Assembly: GCF_006345805.1 (NCBI RefSeq)
Contig: NC_042999.1
Location: 91,760,001 to 91,824,000 of the forward strand
Source: Octopus sinensis
Lineage: Eukaryota
Direction: 5' to 3'
Length of the DNA stretch: 64,000 bases
The position numbers were made by a program, and so were the translations under genes. The notes under the pieces were generated by a model. It was not told the DNA's origin and did no database searches. It saw only the letters and a list, made by a program, of their open reading frames with translations. This document shows positions 37,364 to 50,499 of this stretch, piece after piece. Numbering within the stretch: position 1 is the stretch's first letter; the number at the start of each line of letters is the position of its first letter.

Positions 37364-38844
37364 CATGTATATATATATACACGCACACATACATACATGT
37401 ATGCATGTGTGTGGGGGGGCGGTCTACAATGATGTCAAATATGCCTCTTCTCAACTAAATTTGTAGCAAATGATTATGATCACAGTGAGAATATTTGCGA
37501 TTTGGTGAGGCAACCCCTGAAAATACCTGGAAAACAGGAAATTGGCGTCTGTTTAGTAAAAGGAAAATTAAACTTCACTAAAGGATACCTTTAATCTTGG
37601 AATGTTTATTATTATTTATTGCGACAGTCTCTATTTCACCATAGACATTCAACTTTCTAACACCAACCAATTCACAAACTATACTGAGTCCAATTATCGT
37701 AACGTCAACTTGTAAGGAAATGTATATAACTTTTCAAAAGATCGAAGTTGCAGCAGAGAAGCAGCGGCTTTATATCTGGTGCTGATAGGCAAAGGTTTGA
37801 TGAACGAACTGCCACATGTGACTTGCTATAGATGAGATATATGGCTACCTCGTTGGATAGGAGGAGCTGAAAGAAACACAAGGATGGTAATGATGAGGTG
37901 TCAGGACGAACTCTCAAGGTACAATAAAGTGATTGTAAGAGAGAAACAGAATAGAAGATTGGGGAGAGTGCATAGATATATTCATAAGATTGCGAGAAAA
38001 GAGTGAGATATTGTTAGAGAGAGAGAGAGAGAGAGAGAGAGCAATAGAAATGAGTTTTGAATGATAGAGTTGGTGTGGTTGATGGTAAACATTTGGGAAA
38101 GGTACAGATACAGGAATGATCCTGGAGGGAAGAAACTAAATCGTAGTACAGGAAAAGTTGAGAGTAGCTATGTAATAAACGTATAGATAGAACAGAAAAT
38201 TGGGAGATGATGTTTGGTTTAGGACAGTGGGGGAAGATATGAACGGTTAAAGTGATGGATGTCAAAAGTATTTTTATTGAGTTGTGAATAAGTGATTCGG
38301 TTATCGTAGCTGACGAAACGAAAAGACGCAGCTATGTATACATCCAACGCTCCAATGATGTCAGTCACAGCCCAAGATCTGTTTTCATATTTTTAGGAAG
38401 AAACTTTCTCATGGAACTAGTTCGGTAGCGAAAAGTCTGCTCATATCCGAATGCACCGGAACGTGTTAAATATGATTTTACACGAATATATTTTATTCGA
38501 CACGTCTTCATACGATATTATTTTTTCTTGTCCGTATAAATATATTCATATGCATTACATATGCCTTTTACTTTATGATATAGCCATCCGTTTTTCATTT
38601 CTGGCAGACACAAGTTGAAATAAATGAATTAGAATGAATGGCCTATTTGATTTCCATAAAGGACAATCGGTTGGAGAAAGGAAAGCTGGAGCGTCAGTCA
38701 GTAACTTTGCTTTCACGAGGTTCATGTCAGCATTCCGTAATCAAGATAAAACCAGATGGCAGGCGTAAGTCGCAAGTCTGAATAGAAGATGAAGTTTACA
38801 GAGAGAAACAACAGAATATTGAAACGTATTGCAACTAAAAGCTA

Positions 38845-38975
38845 TCGAAAATAGCAGCAGTGCAACCACATAGTTTCAGGTTTATTGCCACGATGCGGCA
38901 CATGGTCAAGCCTCTACTACTAAGGCCTCCGGGCCAACCAATACATTTTGGTTGAATCTGTATCTAGATATGTGT
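38845..38975 (+). mobile_element. SINE family B head, strongly diverged
   Basis: caaccacatagtttcaggtt...ctactactaaggcctccgggccaacc is collinear with the reverse complement of 57870-57960. Confidence 0.6.
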
Positions 38976-39780
38976 TTATGTTTACATTATACACATGCAC
39001 ATGTAGACACACACATACACGCACATATACATAAACACATACACATCACGTATATATCATGTATGATTACACGACCAAATGACGAATATACGCACACATC
39101 ACACCCCCAAAATACGTCTCACACAGCGATATACACATCTATAAAGCATGGCCTGATACAGGTCAATACTGCATAATCTTATAATAATCATAGAAAACAT
39201 TTAGTTTAAAGACTTCTGGCAACATTCTCAATGGAACTCAATGCAATACTTTCTACAAAAAATTTCTAAAAGCAGATCACAGTAGTTACGGGTTTTCTCT
39301 AGGATATGTTAATATATATTCAATATTTCTTCATATAGTAATGATTACAATTACACGGAAGGTTGCTATATATCTATCGAACGTTCTTACACAAAGGTCT
39401 GCATATAAACAAAATTTTATATATATATAAGATTTATATGCGCGATATTTCTATTCAATAAGTCTTCTGGCAAGGAGAATAATTTTTTAGAAACACTCAA
39501 AACTTATATTTTATCATTACATAAATTTATGGTTATGCAAAATCTACAAAGCTATACAAAGCTATGCAAAATTAGTCAGGACGCTTTTAGTTGCAAAATC
39601 ACTCTATGACAGTTATTTATTGCCAACATATAAAATTACTTTGACTCATAAAATTAATCCATGTTTGTATACACCCCTAGGCACATAAGAACAAATATGT
39701 ATGTGTGCATATATATATGTATGTATGTATGCATGTATGTATGTATGAACGTATGTATGAACGTATGTATGAATGTATAT

Positions 39781-40600
39781 CCGGGCTACATATGTTTCGA
39801 GGCGAGCGGGAACCTCGAAAGTGGTAAATGTCTAAGCGAGGTGTGTATCGCAGGCTAGAAATTTACATTGTCGTTAGGAGGCACATGTTAACACACAGAG
39901 GATTCGATCAGAATGCGTAAAGAGTATGGTTTGAGTGGAGAATATAATTGTGAATTGAAATTACAAATATAAGAAAAAAATGAAAAAAGAATAGAGAATA
40001 TATAAGGAAGTGGGAAAGTTACATGTAAAGAATATAATTAAGACAAGTAAGAATTTAATAGCATTCCTCAATTATTAGATTTTAGTATTACCTACCATTC
40101 TTCTTCCTTTAAAATTTACTACTATACCATCACTTCAAGCACACATTTTCTTCTTCCCGATCACAAATACTTAACCCCCTATCTTCCCTCCATACTATCC
40201 TATTCAAATACCACTCCTCATTCCTATTTCTCTGACTCGACCAAAACGACCCTATTGAAAATCACCTGTGAAATGACCTTACTGAAATTCTCTACTTGTA
40301 ACTCTCCCACTCCCTTATACATTCAAAAAAATTCTTTTTCATTTTTCTATGTTCCTAATGTCTCTTCACAATTATATTCTCCACTCAAGCCGTGCTCTCT
40401 ACGCATTCTGGTTTATTGCCACGATGCGGCACATGGTCGAATCCTCCGTGTATTAACACGTGCCTTCTACAGTAGACTTCATTTAATGAAGATGGCCTTT
40501 GCCTGAAGAGTAGCCTGCAGTATACAGCTTGCATGGGTATTTTACAATTTCCGAGGTTCCGCTCGTTACGAAACATACCTCAGCTGGATTTTATCTATTC
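39781..40600. mobile_element. Inverted pair of one repeat family (likely Penelope-like termini)
   Basis: 39787-40035 is the inverted, diverged counterpart of 40290-40578 (ttgagtggagaatataattgtgaa / ttcacaattatattctccactcaa). Confidence 0.65.
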
Positions 40601-40815
40601 CTTTCCTTGGCTCTTATATCTTTATTCATGAACTTGGAAACCCTGGCTGCCTGCCGTGAAATATAAATAATTTTCTTGAGTTTACCATACTTCGACAAGG
40701 AAAAATCCACAACCGTCTGCCCTAATAAACCACAATTCTTTCTGAAAGTTGTTTTTTATATTTTCTAAGTACGAATTTTCTGAAGCTCACCCTTTTCCTA
40801 CACCGCGATGTTTGG

Positions 40816-40890
<75 letters not shown>

Positions 40891-42324
40891 AATATATATA
40901 TATGTGTGTATGTGCGTGTGTGTATACCAATATATGTACACTTTCATTTGTATACATTTATGTGTGTGTGTGTGTGTATGTATGTGTGTGTGAATACAAA
41001 CTTATATATGTGTATATGTGTTCGTGCGTGCATGTGTGTGTGTGAGTGTAAATGTATATACTTCAAATACATAAACAGTTTTTTACTTCTGTATCTTTGT
41101 CTTTATGTCACACTTGCCTTCAAGAGAAAACAGTATCTGTACTGATGTAGGTGAAAAGGAAACGAAATATTAAGATTATATATAGAAATATGAAGGTGTA
41201 AGAATGACTACTTTGCAATAGAGGAGAAAACAGAGGAAGAGAGAGATTTGGAGAGAGGAAGAAGTAGGGGAGACAGAAGAAGAGAGAGAAATCATTAGTC
41301 AGTGAAATATTGGGTGGGGATGGAAAATTTAGTAAGAGATAGATAAACAAATATAAGAGTTGTAGAAAGAAAAGAGAAATACCGAGAAAAACCTTCACAA
41401 ACCTGTAGGATGTTAGAGAGGTAACGTAATTAAATAATTGTAGTTATGATAAAATAGTTGTGTTTTCTTATCACATTAATACAATAAAATGTGACAAATT
41501 TAGAGAGCATTAACAGTAATCATTCGTGGTAAGGTGTTAAAACTACGGAGTAGATGAATGAATAACTAGATTGCCGAAAAGAGAGAGAGAGAGAGAGAGA
41601 CAAACGGATAGACGAACATGCTGGCAAGCAAGCAGACAGACAGAAAAACGGAGGGAGAGAATGATAGATACATTATTATGTAAGAGATATTAAATTCTAT
41701 GTGAGGAATCCGTTAGAAAATGAACAAGTGACATAGTATTTTGATGCAATTCCTTGTACATCGGACAAACGGGACGCCGCTTGGCTGACCGGTTCGCGGA
41801 ACACTTCGTGACATCCACCTTGCGACCACACACGGTCTCACGCCATTTCCGCTCCACCGGTCACTCCTTGCAACACCTATCTGTGTTCGGTTTGTCCTTA
41901 CACAGAGGCCATCCGGATTCCCGTTTGCGCCGTGAACAGGAATTAATCTTCTCTCTTCGCTCTTATACGCCATTTGGTCTCAACTCTCCCCCCCTCCTCA
42001 TCTAACCCACCCCCACCCCCTCTCCCCCCTCCTCAACTATCCTTCCCCCCCGACCCCTACTTCTTCAGTCCTCATCCTTTCACCCCTACTCCCTTCCTCC
42101 TTCTTCCCTCTTTCTCCCTCCCTCCTTCCTCCTCTTCCCCTTCCCTCTGCTCCCTCACTCCCCTTCTCTCTCTCCCTCCCCCTCTTTCCTCCTTCCTCCC
42201 CCTCCTCTCCTCTTCCCCCCTCTCCCCCCTCTTCTTCCCCTCCCCTTCTCTCCCCCCTCTTTCTCCCTCCCCCTCTTCTCACTACACCACACGACTTTAC
42301 ACATCAGATCATATATGATGTGCC

Positions 42325-42571
42325 ATACTAATACATACACCAACTAATACATACTAATACGTACTAATACATACTAATACATACACCAACCCTATACATA
42401 CACACGTCCAGACCCCTCATACGCACTTATACTCTCTCATACCACACACACACACACACTTATACCACTAATACGTACTAATACATACTAATACATACTA
42501 ATACATACTAATACATACACCAACCCCATACATACGCCTGTCCAGACCTATCCTACGCACTAATACTCTCT

Positions 42572-42610
<39 letters not shown>

Positions 42611-42675
42611 ATCATACTAATACATACTACACCAACCCTATACATACAACGTCCAGACCCCTCCTACGCACTAAT
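42325..42675 (+). repeat. ~140-bp higher-order minisatellite built on ACTAATACAT units (about 2.5 copies)
   Basis: acaccaaccc(t/c)atacatac...gtccagacc...tacgcact recurs at ~42384, ~42518 and ~42629. Confidence 0.85.
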
Positions 42676-42845
42676 AGGTGGTCATTCAACCCTATTATCA
42701 ACCCTATTATCTCCCCTTATTTCGCTCTCGCGTCTCATGTTTGATCTTTGACTTCTGGCCGAAATCAGATCGCCATGTTATTCGTTAGTTACTGCACGCA
42801 TTTTTTTTTTCTCTCCTTCTTCTGTGTTTTTTTTCTCTCTGTGTA

Positions 42846-42883
42846 TCTTTCTGTTGAAGAGCGTAGGCTCGAAACGTTAAAGA
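42846..42883 (+). ncRNA. Minimal hammerhead-like motif in Penelope terminal repeat (CUGUUGA core variant)
   Basis: tcttt CTGTTGA a gagc gtag gctc GAAA c g t t aaaga: stem I TCTTT/AAAGA, stem II GAGC/GCTC, palindromic AACGTT stem III. Confidence 0.55.
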
Positions 42884-43010
42884 CTTGTTTTATTTATATT
42901 TCCTGAGCGCCATACTAATACAATTGTTTGTTTGTTTTCCACCTGCCTTCGTCTTTTGTCTATTTTCATAAAGCTTCCCGTTATATATATATATATATAT
43001 ATATATATCC

Positions 43011-43054
<44 letters not shown>

Positions 43055-43289
43055 CTCCTTTTCTCTTTTCTCGCCTCTGATTCTTTGGTCTACTCTTCCC
43101 TCACTCTCACATTTCTCTGTCTTTCTTACTTTGCACTCAGAAGTCAATCTTTGACACGCACTCTTTCTTCTCCCCTCTCTAATTCCTTCTTTCTCTCTCT
43201 TCTCTCCCCTTTGTTGCCTTCATCCCTCATTTTCTCTCTCTCTTTGTTTCCTTTGCCCCCTTTCTTTTCTCTCTTTTCCGTCACGTGAC

Positions 43290-43729
43290 TGCTGGCCAAA
43301 TCAGCCTTTTGGCCTCCGACCAGCGCCGTGAGAACATCGTTGTCTTTGTCTGCCGGAAAGGCATTTTTTCCAAATACGCCAGCTAAACTTGTACTGTTAT
43401 TAGTCGTAAGACAACTGCTGTTTTCGTCCTGTTTTTACTATTATTGTTTTTTGTATTTCATTATTGTGTTTTGTATTTTATATTCGTGTGGCATCGTCCG
43501 TTTTTCTGTCCCTGTTTCGTATACATTTGATCCTTCTTCCAAGAAATCTAATGCTCGTAGCTTAGTTTTTCCTTGGGGCTGGCCGGATCGGAGCGATCTC
43601 AAGATTAATCAGCCGAAATTGCTACGATGATCCGGTTCTTGACTGAAGATTGAGGGCTTCGAATGTCCCGTCCGTGTTTTTGTATCGTCTTCTAAGTGTT
43701 TTACGTTCTTGTCCCAGTTTGTATTTTTC

Positions 43730-43735
<6 letters not shown>
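43290..43735 (+). mobile_element. Penelope-like terminal repeat fragment
   Basis: Ends ...cagccgaaattgc..cgatgatccggttcttgactgaagatt..cttcgaatg..ccgtccgtgtttttgtatc before (TA)n; same family inverted at 61898-61981. Confidence 0.55.
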
Positions 43736-43824
<89 letters not shown>

Positions 43825-43956
43825 TACCAAATATATACGTTTTGCACATTACTTAATCATCGCTATATGTTTTATCTTATATTTGATCTTTCTATAATAT
43901 GTAATTATTCTAAATGGTATAATTTAATTTTTCCTTATTGAATTGATAAAAGGTGG

Positions 43957-43991
<35 letters not shown>

Positions 43992-43993
43992 GC

Positions 43994-44475
43994 ATATATG
44001 GGTACAGGACGTCAACTACTGTAAACAACATGAAGTACAAAAATAAGCGAGTTAAATATGCAAACAACGAGAGAGAAAAATTGAAAACAGGACAAGTAAC
44101 ACAAAGAACGACCCTTCATCTGTTGTCGGCTGTATATCTACTCCTCACTTGAAGCATTCAACGGAGGGTCAAAGTTGGGAGCAAAAACAGGACAGTGAAA
44201 ATATACAAGGAAACCGAACGAAAAGGAACATCGAGGGTCGTTAGACCAGAACGAGGGGAAAATAGTGAACGCTAGAAGTTATGGAAGCAACTATCCTCGA
44301 AGACTCATATTGTTGTTGAATGCTCGAAACGAGGAGTAGATAGACAGACGACAACTGATGAAGTGTCGTTCTCTGTGTTACTTGTCTTGTTTTCAATATT
44401 TTTCTCCTGTTGTTTATGTATTTAGCTCGCTTGTTTTCGTACTTCATGTTGTTTACAGTTGGTGGCGTCCTGTAC

Positions 44476-44483
<8 letters not shown>
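43994..44483. mobile_element. Inverted pair of Penelope-like termini inside (TA)n
   Basis: 43994-44162 and 44315-44483 are ~170-bp inverted repeats (gggtacaggacg...ctactcctc...agcattcaac). Confidence 0.75.
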
Positions 44484-44513
<30 letters not shown>

Positions 44514-44859
44514 TATATTATTATTTAACTGAACACCACGCATCCATTTTCAAGTAAGTTTATCTCAACCTTTTTGATGCGACTCTATACTGCTTTCTCC
44601 CCATCCTTCTCTAATTCCTTTTTCTCCCCTTCACCGTTGTTTTCTACCTGTCTTTCTCTGTTCCCCTCTTTCTCTTTTCTCTTTGTCGTTGCTCACACGT
44701 AACCATCGTCCATATTTCTTTCCTTCACTTGTCAATCTTACCCTACGTAACGTTCTAAAGATTGGAGTCTTGTATCCCTCTCTTCTTTCTTACATATATA
44801 CATACATACATGCATGCATGTATGCATGCAAAAGCCTCATGTGCATCCTAACATAATAG

Positions 44860-45540
44860 TACACAGGACAATTAACATAGCCGCCTCCATCTTTTTCTTC
44901 AGCTTGCAGATCAAGCAAACTTAAAGGAAGCAAGGTTTGAACAGTACAGTGAGTGAGGAATAGTTCTGATGCCGATCTCTGTTGAGTAGTTGTTTTCCAA
45001 GACAGAGCTGTAGGTTGACGCATTGTCGTGGTGCAGATGCTTTGGCTTTTTGCAACGACAATCTGTTCCTGGATTCCCTCAAAACCCTACAAAGTTATTT
45101 TTGTTGACCGTCTGACCAGAGGGAACCAAGTAGATGTAGATGTAAGTGATTCCCTTGCTGTCGAAGAAAGAGAACATCATGAGCATCGAGGCGGACTTCC
45201 TTTGTCTTGCCTCTTGTACCGGATAATCGGCTCCTAGAAGTTAATCCATCGGCGGTCTGGCTCGTTTTTGCCCAGTTTAGCACAAAGCTTTATAGCGAGC
45301 TTCCAATTTATCTTCACGCCCCGAATGCTTTGTGCAAACTAGTCAGCTGTGACGTGAAGTGTTTAGTAGGGTGTGTTCAAAGTGCTGTTACATCCGTCTC
45401 CTTCAACCTGGAATAACAAATGTTAGCAGGTCAGCTTGTCAGATTTATGGTATGATATAATAAAATCATAATAATTTAGGACAGTTATAATTCTCTCGCC
45501 TGAAAACGTCTGAAAACTTCTGGAATGCACATCTAGTACA
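44860..45540 (-). mobile_element. Mariner (DD34D-type) transposase remnant
   Basis: Minus strand with frameshifts: MLMMFSFFDSKGITYIY..VPSGQTVNK...LRE.RNRL...HLHHDNAS....TEIGIRTIPHS.Y..NLA; TIR-like sequence at 45500-45540. Confidence 0.8.
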
Positions 45541-45710
45541 AACATACGCACACAAACACATACATACATACATACATGCATACATACATACATACATACA
45601 TACATACATACATACATACATACATACATACATACATACATACATACATACATACATACATACATACATACATACATACATACATACATACATACATACA
45701 TACATACATT

Positions 45711-46090
45711 GGACGTCGAAACTAGAAAGATAATGATCAAAATGGTAGCTTGCACATCAACAGCAACGCCAACAAAATCTATGGAAGATGAAGATATGAT
45801 GGCATATGAGTGTCGCATTCTATGATTTTAACAATATTCGCTGAACAGTAAAGAAAGAAGCGAGTATATTACATGCGTACTCAAAAGTAATAACATTTTC
45901 AGATAAGGAGAATTTCTAAACAAGTATCTGAGGGTGAAACTGTCTCATTTGACCCAAAGGATACTGGACTAACCTACATAAACAGAGACTTTAGAAGTAC
46001 GCATCCTACCAGTAAAAAAACAATGCATGGGTACATAACCCGCAAGCTAGATTATAACAATAGTATTGACAGGAAGAGTAGCCTCTTCTG
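45711..46090 (+). mobile_element. R4/Dong-like remnant (post-RT region)
   Basis: LDVETRKIM..GSLHINSNANKIY...AYECRI...KSNNI.R.G....K.MHGYITRKL; same region as 3010-3330. Confidence 0.65.
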
Positions 46091-47039
46091 GACCGACGAA
46101 ATTGTGCATAAACATTTTTGTAGGAATTGATTGCTGCTACTAGATAAATATTGAATTAAATAAAGGAAATTACACGCTTTAACTGCGTGCTAAATGAATA
46201 TATATAGCACATATGACCTCAAGATATGGTAAATTATGTTTCTAATAATTATCTCTACAGTGTTCAGACTTGAATACCGATCTGTATCCTATTTATATTT
46301 TGATTTCTTCAGTGGTTATTGATATGGTAGAAGCAGATAGAATATGTATACATAATGTATTTCAATGTATTTCAATCAATCTTATCATTTGTCTTTTCGT
46401 AAAGTCTGATAGCTTTGAAATGTAGAGTGGACTCGTATATCATGAAACAGTTTCAGATCAGATTTTTTTTTTTTTTGATCGACCTCAATTTCGAAAAGGC
46501 AATGGAAAGTTTGCAGGAATGATGGTGACTCTCAAACCAGATGAGACTTAAATAACAGAGGCTAAGCTCTTTGCAGTGAGTGACATCCGCTTTGATAAAT
46601 GCTAGCAGGCAGTGACCATGGAAAAATGTTAGGTCACATGCTTAGTGGAATTCGGTTGTCATTTTTTCGAACGTCAATTGTCTATGTTATTGTTATTGTG
46701 TTTTTGTTCTTGTTAGTCTCATTTTAGTCATGGCAGACCAGAATTACGATCAAAGACTTTCCAGCCACGACATTCAAATCTATTTTCTTCTTTTTCTTCT
46801 GTATTTGATATATGTCTTATAACAATAGGGTGTGCTTTCAGGGAGGTATGCTTGCTATTTATATCAGGTCCAATGACTCCTAGACACCGTCTCGTGAATC
46901 GACTTCACGGAGCTTATTTAAGAGAAGATGGCGAAAAGAACACGTCACTTCTGCCTAACTACAGGAATTTTCAAGGAGAGTCTAAGATGTATCGAACAAC
47001 CAATAAACATATATTATAAATTATGTATATGCGTAGAAA

Positions 47040-47091
<52 letters not shown>

Positions 47092-47207
47092 TGCATATAC
47101 GTGTATATATATATACACATACATGCATATACGTGTATGTGTGTGCGTGTGTATGTGTGTTAGTGCGTGTGCGTGCGTGTGTATGTGCGTGTGTGTGTGC
47201 TTGCGTG

Positions 47208-47560
47208 CGTGAAGGAACATGACTCAATGGTTAAAGAGTCGGAATCATGATCATAAAGTAGTGAATTCCATTCCATAGTGTTTGTGAAGCAGAGACCCAG
47301 TATATTATTTGCCCTGGTTGGTTGTAGCACAATTTTCTCCATGAAAGAAGCATTGGTAAGCTGGAGCAGAGACTCCACCTGTGCTTGCTGGTGGTAGATC
47401 ATTCCTAGGAGAATCTGGCCCCCAGAGCATCCCACATTGCGGACGTTAAAGTCGCCCAAAAGGAATACAGACACCTTCGCTAAGCAAAATAATGTCTTTG
47501 GCTCTCAGCAACCTCCGACAATCTTTCCCACCAACCTCCGAAAACCTCACTTGCCTGCCT
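47208..47560. mobile_element. SINE family C head (+) abutting a LINE apurinic endonuclease fragment (-)
   Basis: 47208-47275 gtgaagg..catgactcaatggttaaagagtcgg; 47275-47474 minus: VFLLGDFNV..V.....EQ..LL.L.N..FM.K.V.QPTRANNILGLCFTN (APE motifs GDFN and PTR..NILDL). Confidence 0.75.
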
Positions 47561-48182
47561 CCAACAATCTCTCCCTCTTCCAGTTAACAGTTTTTTGTAC
47601 TTACCCTGACGGAAAATACACCTTTTGTGGCAGTTATAACGAAATTGTTTTCTTATATCAGAGTAATAAGGCGTTTCTATAAAACATCTTTACTGGGTAC
47701 ACTAGCTAGTATGTACATATACATGTATGTTTACATACATATATATATATATATATATAGTGATTGTACATAAAGTGTTGTGCAGAGATATACGTTTTGT
47801 CTAGCATATTTCGAATATTATTTTAGTTTAAACATCTATGTCAAATCTGAAATATTCAGAGAAAACAATCATTTGCATATACGCAAACACCTACGAACAT
47901 ACACACCTTTCCACACACGCACACACACACACACACACGTACGCACACGCACACACAGCACATACACAATCAATGCACACAGACAAACATTGACTTACTG
48001 GAATCACATTTTACTGTCATTAAAAAGTCAATAGACAATTAGGGATATGGACAGTGTGTCTTTATTAGGTTTGTATCATTGTATATTTCATTGACTCCGT
48101 GAGCGTAAAGTCTTATTAGTTCATGAAAATTTAATACCTAATTAGAATGCTACTATATACATGTATATATATATGTGTGTAT

Positions 48183-48216
<34 letters not shown>

Positions 48217-48248
48217 AACATACATATATATGTATGTATGAATATGTG

Positions 48249-48377
<129 letters not shown>

Positions 48378-50499
48378 AACAATTTGGATTAAGACTGCAA
48401 GTTAGTATTCTTCAATTAAGCGGAATGAAAGCTTTATTGGTAATACGTCAGAGAATCAAAAAGTGTCGGGGTTATGAGAAGTTAAATCAAATTAACCGAA
48501 AATATATGATTTATGTAAATATTGAAATATATGAGAAGACAGTGCAATGTGCTCACTAGGATGAAAATAGAATCTGTGATATAAATTTCATCGTTCTTTT
48601 AAAATATTTAATACAAGTGACCTAGTATCAATATTGAGATGTAGGTTCGTTTCTAGGCAGATAATTCATTTCTAGTCTCGCTTTGATAAAGTTACTTAAA
48701 AAGGATAAAAACGAGGTAAATATTCTTATGAAGGCTGTCAGGGCAAAATATGTAAAGTGATGCCAATTATTCAAAGACAGTGACAACGTATGTATCACCC
48801 TCTATATCTTCTTTAATACTTGTATTATATTCAAGGAAACTTTTCTTTTATCACATATAACAGAAAATAAACTACAAGTTCGGAGAAAAGTGTTATTATC
48901 GACAGTCCATTCTTGTGTGGGATTGAATTATAAATTGTTTTATAAATATCTACCTTTAGAAATAAATAAACCTGCGCATATTTACAGAAGTATAAGACAT
49001 ATATATTTATTTCAAAATGTTATGCCTTTAAGTGCTAAGGTGTCAGTCGGTGTTAGAGTTTGGGTACGTGATTTTAAAAGGCATCAGGAAAGGCGGAGAA
49101 GATTGGGGAGATTGGGGAGATTGAGAAGGGTGAAGTTTATTTTGAACTTCCTGGAAAATTGACAGCCCCTGGAACATATCGGTGGTGAGGAAAATTGCAG
49201 AAGACTCCTGTGCTGTAAAAGAAAGCATGAATATAACGATTGGATGGGCTAGAATAATTAAACATGATAGATATGGGTGATGGACGGAGGTGAGATGTGT
49301 AAGTCCTGTTGTATGGAGCAGCGTTTCGACATGGAACCAAATACCAAATGGAATGCAAATTTTTCACGAATTGCAGCTTTAGTATGGTAATAGAGTTATG
49401 AAATAGTTATTGATGAAAACTACAAATTGGTAGGTTGCGTATTACGTTGAGAACGGCCTCAATAATATTGGCATTAGATTCTATACATTTTTATTTATAT
49501 GAAGCATCTGTCTTTACATACATATACAGCAGATGAATAAATAAAACAGTATTCATGTGAAGTAATAATACGAAAACAATTCATAATTATTAAGAAAAAA
49601 TTAAGTACAAAAAATGAAAACACTTCTATTGAATGTTTGACCTGGTTATTTACTGGGAAGATTCCAACTTACTTGCACACACATTAATCGATCTGATTGT
49701 CTGTGTCGCGTTCGATTAGATGTTATAATGCATTTTATAGGAACACGTTCTTTTGCTTTCATATTTGGGTGTATCTCAAATGGGAGTATGCCTGACCATC
49801 TGCCAGAACTCAGCAAGAGCCTCGCTATCCAGCATTGAATTTATTTCAGGGTAACCACAATAACATCAAGAACAGCAACAGAATATATTGACTTACATTT
49901 TATGCTTGAGATGAGCACGACTAGCAGGTTCCAAAGATTAGATGCCGTTGTATTAACAACATGAAAAATAGTGTAAAGGAATTGCTTGTATGTCGGAAGA
50001 GGTAGCAGCGTTTTGGTTTGAGAGGTCTTTTAATCAGTCAGATCGGTGTATTTTCGGATGCACTCGAGGAGTGTAATTTCAAAACCGTCTCGTCTCAGAT
50101 GTGAGAATATTTTCGAATGTGCACTATTCTTGAGTATTATACAATGTTGGTAGACAATGCAAATTTTATTCATGCAAATATGCAACTAAAATTGAACACA
50201 CTCTACAAGTACTATATTAGTCAATACAAATGAATGGAAAACTTTTATTCGTTTAGTTACTAAGTGTGGTGTGTATTATGGCATTGCTGAAACTGATCAA
50301 CACCCATGGACATCTTTTACAATAGCATGAATTTAAATATGTTATCTACTCTTCTGTTTTTCGTCTCAGTAACCCTAAAATAACTAAGGATTTTTGTTTG
50401 AATTAGTTCCATATCTGAATATGTTAACTATATAAGATTTCAGGTATGAAATATAGTTACAAACTGTAAGATATTACACGTGATTATCGTTTATCTTTA

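Larger units (their letters stand above)
41745..42990 (+). mobile_element. 5'-truncated Penelope-like element: GIY-YIG endonuclease C-terminus plus 3' UTR/pseudo-LTR
   Basis: 41745-42005 open: CNSLYIGQTGRRLADRFAEH...VSRHF..TGH....SVFGL......RLRREQELIFSLRSYTPFGLN, the YIGQT.R..R..EH...E..LI..L....P.GLN signature; followed by a pyrimidine tract, minisatellite and hammerhead-like motif; ends at (TA)n. Confidence 0.9.

Noticed and set aside
38662-38764. Possible exon (DNRLEKGKLERQSVTLLSRGSCQHSVIKIKPDGR) ending at c|gtaagt
   Set aside because: Good donor but weak AAG acceptor; no homology; such sites arise often by chance.
43644-43672. ctgaaga...cgaatgtc as another hammerhead
   Set aside because: No GAAA box, and stems I and II cannot be formed.
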